A DNA stretch of 63,785 bases, filler included, from Octopus bimaculoides (GCF_001194135.2; 9 parts of 9 records of this genome joined end to end with filler, not necessarily neighbours in it), one strand, 5' to 3'. Shown: positions 11,288-23,739, numbered from the whole stretch's first letter. The notes: generated by a model from the letters alone, not told the origin. Numbers and translations are program-made.

Positions 11288-12545
11288 ATGATGCTCTCTA
11301 ATTTGTATATATGTATACTCGCAAAAGGAGAGAAAGAAAAGAGTGGTGACTTTCAAACAATGAATATTTAAATATAAACATGTAGATATCTGTATTGATA
11401 AAGTCAACTTACACAGAGTACAAACAACAGAGAAAATTAAAGGGGTGAAAGAAAGGTGTTCTAAGTTCAACAGCTGTTTCTGGGGGCTTGGAGATCCATG
11501 ATAATGTCGGTAGATTTAGTTCATCTCAATATGTGGCTGTAACGGATGCAATCAGTATGGGATAAAATGAGCCTCAGTTATCATGGTAGAGAAGATCTTT
11601 CATTTCAGATTATAATAGAGAGGAGTTCAAAAGCGGAATGATTAAATGTAGAGAGCAAGCAGTATGAGAGGGAGAAAGTAGGGCGAGTTAATAATGAGGG
11701 TATTAAGGGAGTTGGTAGTAAAGGGGGAGAGTTGGGAGATGGGTGGGAGGGGTGGGATAGATAGTAATTGACAGGTGATCAGTTGTTGTTGGGTGTTAAA
11801 GTTTAGGAATAATAGCTACAGACTTATTGGAAGCTGGGATGGTGAGAAAAGGGATGGCACTTATTTGGAGGAGAAGAAGTGTCTNNNNNNNNNNNNNNNN
11901 NNNNNNNNNNNNNNNNNNNNNNNNNNNNNNNNNNNNNNNNNNNNNNNNNNNNNNNNNNNNNNNNNNNNNNNNNNNNNNNNNNNNNNNNNNNNNNNNNNNN
12001 NNNNNNNNNNNNNNNNNNNNNNNNNNNNNNNNNNNNNNNNNNNNNNNNNNNNNNNNNNNNNNNNNNNNNNNNNNNNNNNNNNNNNNNNNNNNNNNNNNNN
12101 NNNNNNNNNNNNNNNNNNNNNNNNNNNNNNNNNNNNNNNNNNNNNNNNNNNNNNNNNNNNNNNNNNNNNNNNNNNNNNNNNNNNNNNNNNNNNNNNNNNN
12201 NNNNNNNNNNNNNNNNNNNNNNNNNNNNNNNNNNNNNNNNNNNNNNNNNNNNNNNNNNNNNNNNNNNNNNNNNNNNNNNNNNNNNNNNNNNNNNNNNNNN
12301 NNNNNNNNNNNNNNNNNNNNNNNNNNNNNNNNNNNNNNNNNNNNNNNNNNNNNNNNNNNNNNNNNNNNNNNNNNNNNNNNNNNNNNNNNNNNNNNNNNNN
12401 NNNNNNNNNNNNNNNNNNNNNNNNNNNNNNNNNNNNNNNNNNNNNNNNNNNNNNNNNNNNNNNNNNNNNNNNNNNNNNNNNNNNNNNNNNNNNNNNNNNN
12501 NNNNNNNNNNNNNNNNNNNNNNNNNNNNNNNNNNNNNNNNNNNNN

Positions 12546-12602
<57 letters not shown>

Positions 12603-12669
12603 AATGATACATTTCTAAATCTCTCAGAGAGACTTAACCAGTAGTGATACGATAAAGTAGTTGTATACT

Positions 12670-12874
12670 GCCAACTTAATGTGACAGTCCTATGAAGGGA
12701 ATAATACTACTGCTATTTAGCCCTAGGAAGCTTGGCTGGGTGGAGGTGCTTGTCTCCCCCTCATAAACATAAGGACACAGGTAATGTGTCAAGGCCGACA
12801 GGATGCGGTGCAGCTTCCTAGGGATAGATAGCAGTAGTATGATTCCCTTCTTGGGACTATCACGTTAAGTTGAC
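12670..12874. mobile_element. MITE-like foldback with ~63-bp imperfect inverted arms
   Basis: gccaacttaatgtgacagtcc...gccctaggaagct (12670-12732) is the reverse complement of agcttcctaggg...cacgttaagttgac (12812-12874). Confidence 0.6.
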
Positions 12875-13400
12875 AGCAGACTGGCACTCATGCCAATGTC
12901 TCTTCATTCAACACTAAACTTGCGAAGACCTGTTGGGGCAAGCGAAAGCGAAATCGTGATGGCCCCTGTATCAGTCGATCACTAAGAGCACCGTCCGAGC
13001 GTGATCGTTGCCAGAGTACAAGCTGTCTGGCTTCTGTGCTGGGGGCACGTAAATAGCACCATTTGAGCGTGATCGTTACCAACGTCGCCCTCCTGGCACT
13101 TGTGCCAGTGGCACGTGAAAAGACATTCGAGCGAGTTCGTTGCCAGTGCCGCTGGACTGGCACGTAAAATACACCATTTCAAGCGTGGCCGTTGCCAGTT
13201 CCGCCTGACTGGCCCTCATGCTGGTGGCACGTAAAAGCACCCATTACACTCTTGGAGTGGTTGGCGTTAGGAAAGGCATCCAGCTGTAGAAACTCTGCCA
13301 GATCAGATTGGAGCCTGGTGCAACCATCTGGTTCACCAGTCCTCAGTCAAAATGTCCAACCCATGCTAGCATGGGAAGCGGACGTTAAACGATGATGATG
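12875..13400 (+). mobile_element. Non-autonomous retroposon family D with four internal ~52-68 bp units and a (GAT)n tail
   Basis: Units start at 12997, 13065, 13129 and 13181; 3' block gagtggttggcgttaggaaaggcatccagctgtagaaac...cgttaaacgatgatgatg is shared with the 31.7 and 33.2 kb copies. Confidence 0.8.
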
Positions 13401-14585
13401 ATATTATTGTCTTCTTGAGCAATATATATATATATATAATATTGTGCTTTTACTTATTATTTTTTCTATATGTGACAGTGGATTTTCATCGATGAGTTCA
13501 TGAACCTTGGTTCTTTTCTCTAAAACTATATATTTATATTTCATATTGTAAAACTTAATTTAATTTTAATTTTTAATAAATTGAATTTAATTGAGTTTTT
13601 ATCTGTAAATGTGGATTTTTATCCCTAATTTATATACACACAAGAATTATATACATTGAATATGTGGTTGATAATGAGTGTGTATATACACACATACATA
13701 GATACAAACAGTGGTGTACATACAGGCTAATTTATCCAGGCACACATATCCATAAATGCATGGATATATTTATGTGTGAGTGTGTGTGTGTGTGTGTGTG
13801 TGATTAGAAAATAAGTACTAGTGGCAATTTGTTGGACTTAACATTTCAAGATATTGCTCCAGCATGGCCCCACTGAAACAAATAAAAGATAAAACATAAA
13901 GGTGACATTTGTCATCTATTTTATAGAAGTAAATGTTGTTGCTTGTGTTGTTTCATCAAAACCGAATTTGTTTAGCCATCCTATATCTTAGTATTTAACT
14001 TAACATTGGCCATGTAAATGCCTATCTGTATCGTTGTGGCCAGCATACATTCTATCATGGCCGGCATACATTCTATCAGCAGGGATATTTTTGTTGTCAC
14101 TTTTCTCTTACCCTACCTATACGAATTCTGACCTGATTTCCTGCATGCTTTTCTTTTCTTTTTGTTACCGTAAATAATCAATAGCACATGGTGTCTTTAT
14201 TAGAAATTTTGAATGACGGGTACGGAATCCTGTCTGCTAAGCTTTAGTCCAATATATCGAAGCTATATATCATGGCTTGTCGTGTTAATGAGTAGACTGA
14301 CAATAAAGTAGCCAGCATTGGGTTTTGTTCTATGATTTCCTTTAACTTTCAATCCCAAGCGTTCGCACAGCGAGAGAGGCTGTGCAATATATAGGGTCGT
14401 TTAGATTTGATATGTTTTCCATGTAAGTTTTCGTTAAAAGTTTGTACATCTTGTTCACTACTTTATATAGTTTTCCTCTTTCGATNNNNNNNNNNNNNNN
14501 NNNNNNNNNNNNNNNNNNNNNNNNNNNNNTTAATTAATTAANNNNNNNNNNNNNNNNNNNNNNNNNNNNNNNNNNNNNNNNNNNN

Positions 14586-14837
14586 TGGTGGCGAACCCTG
14601 CTGTACTCTTCCACCACAACGTTCTCTCACTCTTACTTCCTGTTTCTGTTGTGCCTGTAATTCAAAGGGCCAGCCTTGTCACACTGTGTCACGCTGAATA
14701 TCCCCGAGAACTACGTTAAGTGTACACGTGTCTGTGGAGTGCTCAGCCACTTGCACGTTAATTTCACGAGCAGGCTGTTCCGTTGATCGGATCAACTGGA
14801 ACCCTCGATGTCGTAAGCGACGGAGTGCCAACAACAA
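14586..14837 (+). mobile_element. SINE family A, 3' part
   Basis: Matches the reverse complement of 4578-4960; 5' end lies in a gap. Confidence 0.88.
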
Positions 14838-15197
14838 TATTAATGTACGGCACCAGTTTATTTATCCTGTTGTGTCATTTGTTTTATTAATATTTGCTCT
14901 GTTGTGTGAAGTGTGTGGAATGTGAGTTGCCTTATTTTATTGAGCATTGTTCTTGTAGAGCAAACGTTGCATGAGTTTCGACGATTTATTTTATAAAGTG
15001 CCTATTGTAGAGGGTGTCTGTTGAATGCGATTATTGTTTTCTTTGTCCTAAGGCATGGAATCAATAATGTCTTGCGCAGAATGTGAGCTGCTACTGGTAG
15101 AACTACAATTTTGGACAGTGTGTAACGTTTTAAATCCTGATATAGTTTTTAAAATGTATTTTGTTTATTCTTTTTTTTATTATGCTGAATGCTTTGT

Positions 15198-15502
15198 GGA
15201 GGCGCAATGGCCCAGTGGTTAGGCAGCGGACTCGCGGTCATAGGATCACGGTTTCGATTCCCAGACCGGGCGTTGTGAGTGTTTATTGAGCGAAAACACC
15301 TAAAGCTCCACGAGGCTTTAGCAGGGGATGGGGGCGAACCCTGCTGGACTCTTTCACCACAACTTTCTCTCACTCTTTCTTCCTGTTTCTGTTGTACCTG
15401 TAATTCAAAGGGTCAGCCTTGTCACATTCTGAGTCACTCTGAATCTCCCTAAGAACTATGTTAAGGGTATGCATGTCTGTGGAGTATTCAGCCACTTGCA
15501 CG
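15198..15502 (+). mobile_element. SINE family A, 5' part with tRNA-like head
   Basis: A box tggcccagtgg at 15208-15218, B box ggtttcgattccc at 15250-15262. Confidence 0.88.
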
Positions 15503-16720
15503 NNNNNNNNNNNNNNNNNNNNNNNNNNNNNNNNNNNNNNNNNNNNNNNNNNNNNNNNNNNNNNNNNNNNNNNNNNNNNNNNNNNNNNNNNNNNNNNNNN
15601 NNNNNNNNNNNNNNNNNNNNNNNNNNNNNNNNNNNNNNNNNNNNNNNNNNNNNNNNNNNNNNNNNNNNNNNNNNNNNNNNNNNNNNNNNNNNNNNNNNNN
15701 NNNNNNNNNNNNNNNNNNNNNNNNNNNNNNNNNNNNNNNNNNNNNNNNNNNNNNNNNNNNNNNNNNNNNNNNNNNNNNNNNNNNNNNNNNNNNNNNNNNN
15801 NNNNNNNNNNNNNNNNNNNNNNNNNNNNNNNNNNNNNNNNNNNNNNNNNNNNNNNNNNNNNNNNNNNNNNNNNNNNNNNNNNNNNNNNNNNNNNNNNNNN
15901 NNNNNNNNNNNNNNNNNNNNNNNNNNNNNNNNNNNNNNNNNNNNNNNNNNNNNNNNNNNNNNNNNNNNNNNNNNNNNNNNNNNNNNNNNNNNNNNNNNNN
16001 NNNNNNNNNNNNNNNNNNNNNNNNNNNNNNNNNNNNNNNNNNNNNNNNNNNNNNNNNNNNNNNNNNNNNNNNNNNNNNNNNNNNNNNNNNNNNNNNNNNN
16101 NNNNNNNNNNNNNNNNNNNNNNNNNNNNNNNNNNNNNNNNNNNNNNNNNNNNNNNNNNNNNNNNNNNNNNNNNNNNNNNNNNNNNNNNNNNNNNNNNNNN
16201 NNNNNNNNNNNNNNNNNNNNNNNNNNNNNNNNNNNNNNNNNNNNNNNNNNNNNNNNNNNNNNNNNNNNNNNNNNNNNNNNNNNNNNNNNNNNNNNNNNNN
16301 NNNNNNNNNNNNNNNNNNNNNNNNNNNNNNNNNNNNNNNNNNNNNNNNNNNNNNNNNNNNNNNNNNNNNNNNNNNNNNNNNNNNNNNNNNNNNNNNNNNN
16401 NNNNNNNNNNNNNNNNNNNNNNNNNNNNNNNNNNNNNNNNNNNNNNNNNNNNNNNNNNNNNNNNNNNNNNNNNNGTTAGAGAATATATTTATTTAATTTA
16501 AATTTCATTTTAACCCTGTTTGTGCGCAGGGTATGCATCGACCCTCCGATGCCTTTTTTTTTTTTTAGTTATGATTTCGAAAAATTCGCAAAAGTAGAAT
16601 ACCATGACAAAATCTGGACAAAAACAGAAGATAAAAACAGTAAGAATCAGTCCTACCTCAATGTAACAGTGATATTCTGTGGAGGAATGAAGAGAGAGAA
16701 CTCAGGACAAGAAACAAAGG

Positions 16721-16734
16721 GGAAGTGACGTCAC
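16721..16734 (+). promoter_or_regulatory. Overlapping ETS-CRE composite motif GGAAGTGACGTCAC (candidate promoter element)
   Basis: Perfect CRE palindrome TGACGTCA (16726-16733) overlapping GGAAGT in non-repetitive sequence; motif match only. Confidence 0.3.
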
Positions 16735-17605
16735 GTCAAGAAGTGGGGCTTTTGAACAGCCTTTCTCTTGCTCAAGACTCTGAGGTGAACAGATATGTGG
16801 GGGTGGATGCCAGAGGTATAATACTTTCTGGTCAGATGTTGGGGTAGTGTACGCATTTAGGTACGTCTAACAAGTTCTTCTGATCCAGGCTTTATAACCT
16901 ATTCTGAAGTTAATTTCGAGGTAAGAGCAATCTTATTTCTGCCGTCCTATCTACATATTCATGTACTTCGACCTAAATTTCATCCTAATACTTCTTTTTA
17001 ACATGCAAGACAAAAGTTTCTCTTTGCTGACACAAAACCTTCTCATATTCCCTCTCCGTCTTTCTGTAACTCATGTCTACTAAACTCTATACACCTACAC
17101 TTATATACACTCACCATTCTCATTTCGATCTTAGCAGTTAAAACTTCTTGTTATTCTGCTTCAAAATATTTATTCCTCATCAATCAATCGATCAAACTTG
17201 AGCTGCTGTTTCATCGTTTTCCAAAGACGCCCTGAAATCCCCTTTTTTTTTGTCAGTTCCAATGCTCACAATTCCGTCGCACTCTTTCTCCACCAACGCA
17301 CCGATGGCGAGATTGAACCATTCGACATTCTGATCCATTTGTGCCAGTTTCTTTCATAAGCTGAAGGTACTCCTGGTCAACTTACCGAATCAATCTCCAA
17401 ATACTCTTCGTTATGTTGCTGTCGATGAACTCATCGTCTCAGTGGCTGGACGTTTGTTTCATTAAATATTTTATTGTCCCCGGAAGAATGATAGGCATAA
17501 TCGACCTCCGCGGAATTTGAACTTAGAAACTAAAGATCCGTAACGAAATATCACCAGCCACTGAGCCTGTCCTCTAGTGATTCTGCCACTCTTATGCTGC
17601 TGCTG

Positions 17606-17662
<57 letters not shown>

Positions 17663-17794
17663 ATAATAATAATAATAATAATAATCCGCTCAGCCGTTTT
17701 CTAACTTCGAGAGATAAGCAAAGAGAATGTACGTGCGACCGCGCGTGTGCCAGTTCAGTTCCTATAGAAAAACTTGTACAATATTTGATATTGA

Positions 17795-18210
17795 AAGGGC
17801 GGCGAGCTGGCAGAAACGTTAGCGCGCCGGGCGAAGTGCTTAGCGGTATTTCGTCTGCCACTGCGTTCTGAGTTCAAACCCCTCTGAGGTCGACTTTGCC
17901 TTTCATCCTTTCGGGGTCGATAAATTAAGTACCAGTTACGTTCTGGGGTCGATATAATCGACTTAATCCGTTTGTCTGTCCTTGTTTGTCCCCTGTGTGC
18001 AGCCCCTTGTGAGCAGTAAAGAAATAGGTATTTCGTCTCTTGTTACGTTCTGAGTTCAAATTCAGCCGAGGACGACTTTGCCTTTCATTCTTTCGGGGTC
18101 GATTAAATAAGTACCAGTTACGCACTGGGGTCGATGTAATCGATTTAATACCTTTGTTTGTCCTTGTTTGTCCCCTCTTTATTTAACCTTCTGTGGGCAA
18201 TAAAGAAATA
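17795..18210 (+). mobile_element. SINE family B head-to-tail dimer (17795-18026 and 18027-18210)
   Basis: A full copy ending aaagaaata is followed directly by a 5'-truncated copy with the same tail. Confidence 0.88.
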
Positions 18211-18969
18211 AATATTTGATATTACTCTATGAAGCAATCCATTCTACCGTCAACATCTATCAATTGAATGGGTTACTACGTGATCACTTAGTCTACTAGA
18301 AATAGAAGAACCCAAATCTCTCTCAAATTATACCCTACTGTCTAATAAAGGTGTTGTGTTGACGCACCCAGGCGAAGAAGTAGGATCTCCCAAGACATAT
18401 AAATAGAGGTAGTCTGGCCGTAGTAGAGTCTTGAGTAGCAGTCGAGTAGCAGTTGTGTAGCGGTTGAGTAGAGATCATCCGAAGGTGCTAGATAGCAGTA
18501 GTTTGAAACATAACAAAACGATAGAACAGGGCGGATAATCTAGTTATGAATATAAATGTACGAAAATAAGAGAAGGTATCCAAAAGAGATTTCGCTTGAC
18601 TCTAGCGATTAAATTGTCAGAACAAAATGGACAGTATCAAGAACACGATTAACATACACCAATGCAACATCGAGAGAAATGGTAAAAAATCAAATACCAC
18701 AACGGATTGAGAAATGTGTAGATCATTTATTAAATGGTAATCACTTTGAAATTTCAAAAATTCATTACCTTTTCAATAGGCAATTCGTCCCAGTATAAAT
18801 AAATAGGACTTCTTTCAAATGAGTTTTCGGCCATCCTAAATACTTTCTGCCAGCGTGTACCTGTATTAGCAATAAAGAGTAATCTATAATTCAGATGTAA
18901 GTGTACAGACAAGATGTATATACATGTATATACATATATACATATATTTATATACAAATATATCGCCGT

Positions 18970-19323
18970 GCCACTCCGTCGGTTACGACGACGGGAGTTC
19001 GAGTTGATCCGATGAACGGTACAGCCTGCTCGTGAAATTAACGTGCAAGTGGCTGAGTACTCCACAGACACGTGTACCCTTGACGTAGTCCTCGAGGAGA
19101 TTCAGAGTGACACAGTGTGTGATAAGGCTGGCCCTTTGAAATACAGGTGCAGCAGAAACAGGAAGAAAGTTGTGGTGAAAAGAGTTCAGCAGGGTTTGCT
19201 ACCAACCACTGCCGGTTCCACGTGGGGCTTTAAGTGTTTTCTCTCAACAAACATTCACAACGCACGGTCTGGGAATCGAAATCGCGATCCTAGGATTGCG
19301 AGTCCGCTGCCCTAACCACTGGA
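18970..19323 (-). mobile_element. SINE family A
   Basis: Colinear with 4578-4960; head truncated at a gap. Confidence 0.88.
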
Positions 19324-19423
19324 NNNNNNNNNNNNNNNNNNNNNNNNNNNNNNNNNNNNNNNNNNNNTTAATTAATTAANNNNNNNNNNNNNNNNNNNNN
19401 NNNNNNNNNNNNNNNNNNNNNNN

Positions 19424-19469
<46 letters not shown>

Positions 19470-20074
19470 GCATATATAAAATGTGTGCACGTATGCATTC
19501 ATTTGATACACTACTTTTAATTCTGGCGTCTAATAATTCCTCTAAAACAAGACACACACACCTATTCATGATATGTGGAGCGGTCAATAACATAATCGTG
19601 TAACTAGATGTACTCCAGTGAGACTCGGGTTACTGCACCTACAGATTTAGAAACAGTAATACGTAACCACACACACGCAAATATAGCAATGTATATATAT
19701 ATATATATATATATTCTGGAGACTGAATCACGGAGTCGTTAAAAATGCTTGAAACAGCAGGCAAAATATTCATCAAATTACGTGCAGGTATCTTTAAAAT
19801 TGGAAAGAATGCAATAAATGAAACGTTCCTAGATACGCAATCTAAAAAGTGAATAAATAAATAAATAAATAAATAAATGGCAACCGCAACGAAAGATTAT
19901 CGTTTAGATTGAAAAAGCTGTCGATCACAGATGTAATCGATCAGTTGACCTAGGGCTAAAAGCAACAACAACAACAACGGCAACGACCCCGCCAACTGAA
20001 TAACGTGATGTAATCAGTTTCGCAGTAAATACCTGCAGCTTGTAAACACTACTATAGCAAGCGTAAACGAGTTT

Positions 20075-20088
20075 GTTGCCAAGGCAAC
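20075..20088. promoter_or_regulatory. RFX X-box-like motif GTTGCCAAGGCAAC
   Basis: One base from the perfect palindromic X-box GTTGCCATGGCAAC, in non-repetitive sequence; motif match only. Confidence 0.3.
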
Positions 20089-20532
20089 CGTTTACCAAAA
20101 CAAAATTTCATGCCAAGCTGTTGTGCACTGTACAGGTGTTCGACCCTGACGTGTTGCCTTGTCCTTGAAAGCGACAAGCTTTTGTCCGTTCCCTGATAAA
20201 GTTGTTCCACTTTATTCATGTCACTAACAATTGTAACATCTTCTTGGAGATAGATTACCTTGCTATATTCACTTCTAGAGTGCATAATGTGAATATCAAA
20301 TCTCCAATAGCACTTGACTCGTAGAACTTTATTTTATTTCCCTCTCCACGGAACCGGGGAGGTCGGAAGATTAAAATTGATTGTGTCTCTAGATTTGAAC
20401 TCAGAATATAAAAAAAATTTGGTTTACAGTTCTAAATGCTGGTGTTGTTTAACCCCAGCTTTACCCAGATCAAGCAGACGTTTGAATAAAGGTTTTTCAG
20501 TTGTGATCATTTTTTTATCTTTTAATTTAGGA

Positions 20533-20565
<33 letters not shown>

Positions 20566-20641
20566 CAAATATACACATACGCGTGTATATATATATGTAT
20601 GCATATTATATATATATACATATAACATGCATGTGTATATA

Positions 20642-20672
<31 letters not shown>

Positions 20673-21945
20673 NNNNNNNNNNNNNNNNNNNNNNNNNNNN
20701 NNNNNNNNNNNNNNNNNNNNNNNNNNNNNNNNNNNNNNNNNNNNNNNNNNNNNNNNNNNNNNNNNNNNNNNNNNNNNNNNNNNNNNNNNNNNNNNNNNNN
20801 NNNNNNNNNNNNNNNNNNNNNNNNNNNNNNNNNNNNNNNNNNNNNNNNNNNNNNNNNNNNNNNNNNNNNNNNNNNNNNNNNNNNNNNNNNNNNNNNNNNN
20901 NNNNNNNNNNNNNNNNNNNNNNNNNNNNNNNNNNNNNNNNNNNNNNNNNNNNNNNNNNNNNNNNNNNNNNNNNNNNNNNNNNNNNNNNNNNNNNNNNNNN
21001 NNNNNNNNNNNNNNNNNNNNNNNNNNNNNNNNNNNNNNNNNNNNNNNNNNNNNNNNNNNNNNNNNNNNNNNNNNNNNNNNNNNNNNNNNNNNNNNNNNNN
21101 NNNNNNNNNNNNNNNNNNNNNNNNNNNNNNNNNNNNNNNNNNNNNNNNNNNNNNNNNNNNNNNNNNNNNNNNNNNNNNNNNNNNNNNNNNNNNNNNNNNN
21201 NNNNNNNNNNNNNNNNNNNNNNNNNNNNNNNNNNNNNNNNNNNNNNNNNNNNNNNNNNNNNNNNNNNNNNNNNNNNNNNNNNNNNNNNNNNNNNNNNNNN
21301 NNNNNNNNNNNNNNNNNNNNNNNNNNNNNNNNNNNNNNNNNNNNNNNNNNNNNNATATATATATATATAGTGTATGTGTGTGTGAGTGGGTGTAATATGT
21401 AGGTGTGCATACACGTGAATGTATTGACATAACAATTGCACCTAGAAGTGTGTGTATGATTTATTTATAGCTCTATAGTATTACTTAGTGAGGAAGTGGG
21501 AGTATAAATCAATAAAATTGTGTCAATAATAATGTGTATACGACTTACGTTATCAAACCATATATAGACATTGACATGATGTCACAAAGGTGGCGCCAAA
21601 AAAAGTTTGAAAAACCACTTTTAAAACGATGTTTGTTGTTGCTGTTATGGTTTAGGTAAAAAAAAAATCGGCGTTGATTGACAGGCCCCACGATCAAAGG
21701 TTTTCTTGCAACGACTGTCCCATCTTATTTTCAGGAATAGTATTTCTAGGAATACATTATCCAGCATGTCATTTTTATTTGAAAGAACATCAAGTGATTT
21801 GCTGTTGTTTTTGGTAGGTAAACACGATCGTGTTGTGGTCTCCTCTTTGTTTATATTGTAAAGACGGAGGTCCCATCGATGCCAAATTTTATGAGAAGGT
21901 TGTTGAACTTAGCACACACACATACACACGCCCTCTCTTTCTGCT

Positions 21946-21977
<32 letters not shown>

Positions 21978-22155
21978 ACTTAAACACATAATTACGTTTT
22001 CTTCTAAATATCTAACATTCTTAATTATTTGGTGAAAATCCTATCACTCAGTTTCTCTGACATCATGTTTGTACATTTAGGCCAGCACCTTCAATGAGTA
22101 CTCTGTCCTTTCAACGCCCTATATATGTGCCCTCTTGTCACCTTTAGTGGCCTGG

Positions 22156-22301
22156 GATCTTTTTTAAAACGGGGGCCACATTTTTCATTAACGAAACACT
22201 TTGAAACTTGGAACACTGGTAGAATGTGTCATATAAAACATCTTTTTCTCTTACTACGTAAAACATTAATGAAAAATGTGGCCCCCGTTTTAAAAAAGAT
22301 C
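22156..22301. mobile_element. MITE-like element with perfect 36-bp inverted repeats
   Basis: gatcttttttaaaacgggggccacatttttcattaa (22156-22191) and its exact reverse complement (22266-22301). Confidence 0.65.
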
Positions 22302-22428
22302 TGTGGCCTGTGCAACCACTTCCAATTTAACTGTCTTCACCTCTTCAAGCACCCAAAACCACCTCTCAAAAATGTGTCTTCTTCACCAATGCCATCTGAT
22401 AGGTACTGGGTAGTATTCTGGGGAACCT

Positions 22429-22628
22429 CGCTGGCAGAAACGTTAGCACGCCGGGTGAAATGCTTAGCAGTATTTCGTCTACCTTTACGTTCTGAGTTCA
22501 AATTCTGCTGAGGTCGACTTTGCCTTTCATCCTTTCGGGGTCGATAACTTAAGTACCAGTTGTGTACTGGGGTAGTTCTAATATATTGGCCCCCTTCCCC
22601 AAAAATTTCGGGCCTAGAGTAGAAAAGG
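22429..22628 (+). mobile_element. SINE family B, short-tail variant
   Basis: ctggcagaaacgttagcacgccggg...ggtcgactttgcc...ccccaaaaatttcgggcctagagtagaaaag. Confidence 0.88.
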
Positions 22629-22892
22629 AAAAAAAAAGTATTCTGGGGACCTCGCGATGCAATGATTTGCTCGGGTGCCTATAATGTTGCTAAGACAACC
22701 CTGCGCTTCGCTCTTTCAGTACTTCGATTAGTCCATATAATGTGCAACTTTTTCGATCTTTTAACCAACCTATAATATATTCCCGGGATAAAATCTGACC
22801 AGAAGTACAAAAATTGAAAAAGGAAAACACAATTCTGTCCCAAATTTAGTATTTGCTCTGCTTTTAGTTCAACAAATATGAAACATATATAT

Positions 22893-23285
22893 ACTCTTTA
22901 CTCTTTTACTCTTTTACTTGTTTCAGTCATTTGACTGTGGCCATGCTGGAGCAACGCCTTTAGTCGAGCAAATCGACCCCAGGACTTATTCTTTGGAAGC
23001 CTAGTACTTATTCTATCGGTCTCTTTGCCGAACCGCTAAGTTACGGGGACGTAAACACACCACCATCGGTTGTCAAGCAATGCTAGGGGGACAAACACAG
23101 AACACACACACATATACACACACACACACACATATATATACATATATACGACGGGCTTCTTTCAGTTTCCGTCTACCAAATCCACTCACAAGGCTTTGGT
23201 CGGCCCGAGGCTATAGTAGAAGACACTTGCCCAAAGTACCACGCAGTGGGACTGTACCCGGAACCATGTGGTTCGCAAGCAAGCT
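22893..23285 (-). mobile_element. SINE family C with internal CA/TA microsatellite
   Basis: Near-identical to 60693-61102; (CTTTTA)n tail on the plus strand. Confidence 0.9.
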
Positions 23286-23656
23286 ATGATTGTATAATAA
23301 CAGGCGAATTATACTACAATAGTCTAGCAGGTTGACGGCCCAAATTCTGATCATACAAAAATTGATCCTGAATTTTTCTGTTCACATTCAGCCACACCCA
23401 GATAATATATTATAACAGGTTAACAGTATTATACAAGCTTCGTCTTCTCCACCCCAATCATTCTCTGTTTTTGGGAATGACTTCGCCCATTTCATTCCAT
23501 TGTCTAACTTTACGTGTTTTTACTTAAAGAAATCTTATCTAATTTATTATTATTATTCCTTTATTTTTATTTTTTTATTTATGTATGTATGTATGTATGT
23601 ATGTATGTATGTATGTACACACTCATTCCACGCATTCATACACACACACAACATAC

Positions 23657-23739
<83 letters not shown>

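Noticed and set aside
11413-11470. Minus-strand GTAAGT donor with ORF LNLEHLSFTPLIFSVVCTL
   Set aside because: Phase is incompatible with the 11047 candidate exon, and the sequence is simply pyrimidine-rich.
14180-14485. Minus-strand RLGLKVK..LRYIGLKL, faintly like RT motifs 6-7
   Set aside because: Too degenerate, with several stops, to assign.
15198-15275. tRNA-like sequence (also 61147-61215 and family C heads)
   Set aside because: No complete cloverleaf, and each continues into a multi-copy body; these are SINE heads, not tRNA genes.
18360-18520. TATAAATAG followed by ccgaagg-tgcta..tagt-ttgaaac, resembling a decayed PLE pseudo-LTR hammerhead
   Set aside because: Core has several substitutions and extra bases, and there is no second copy for comparison.
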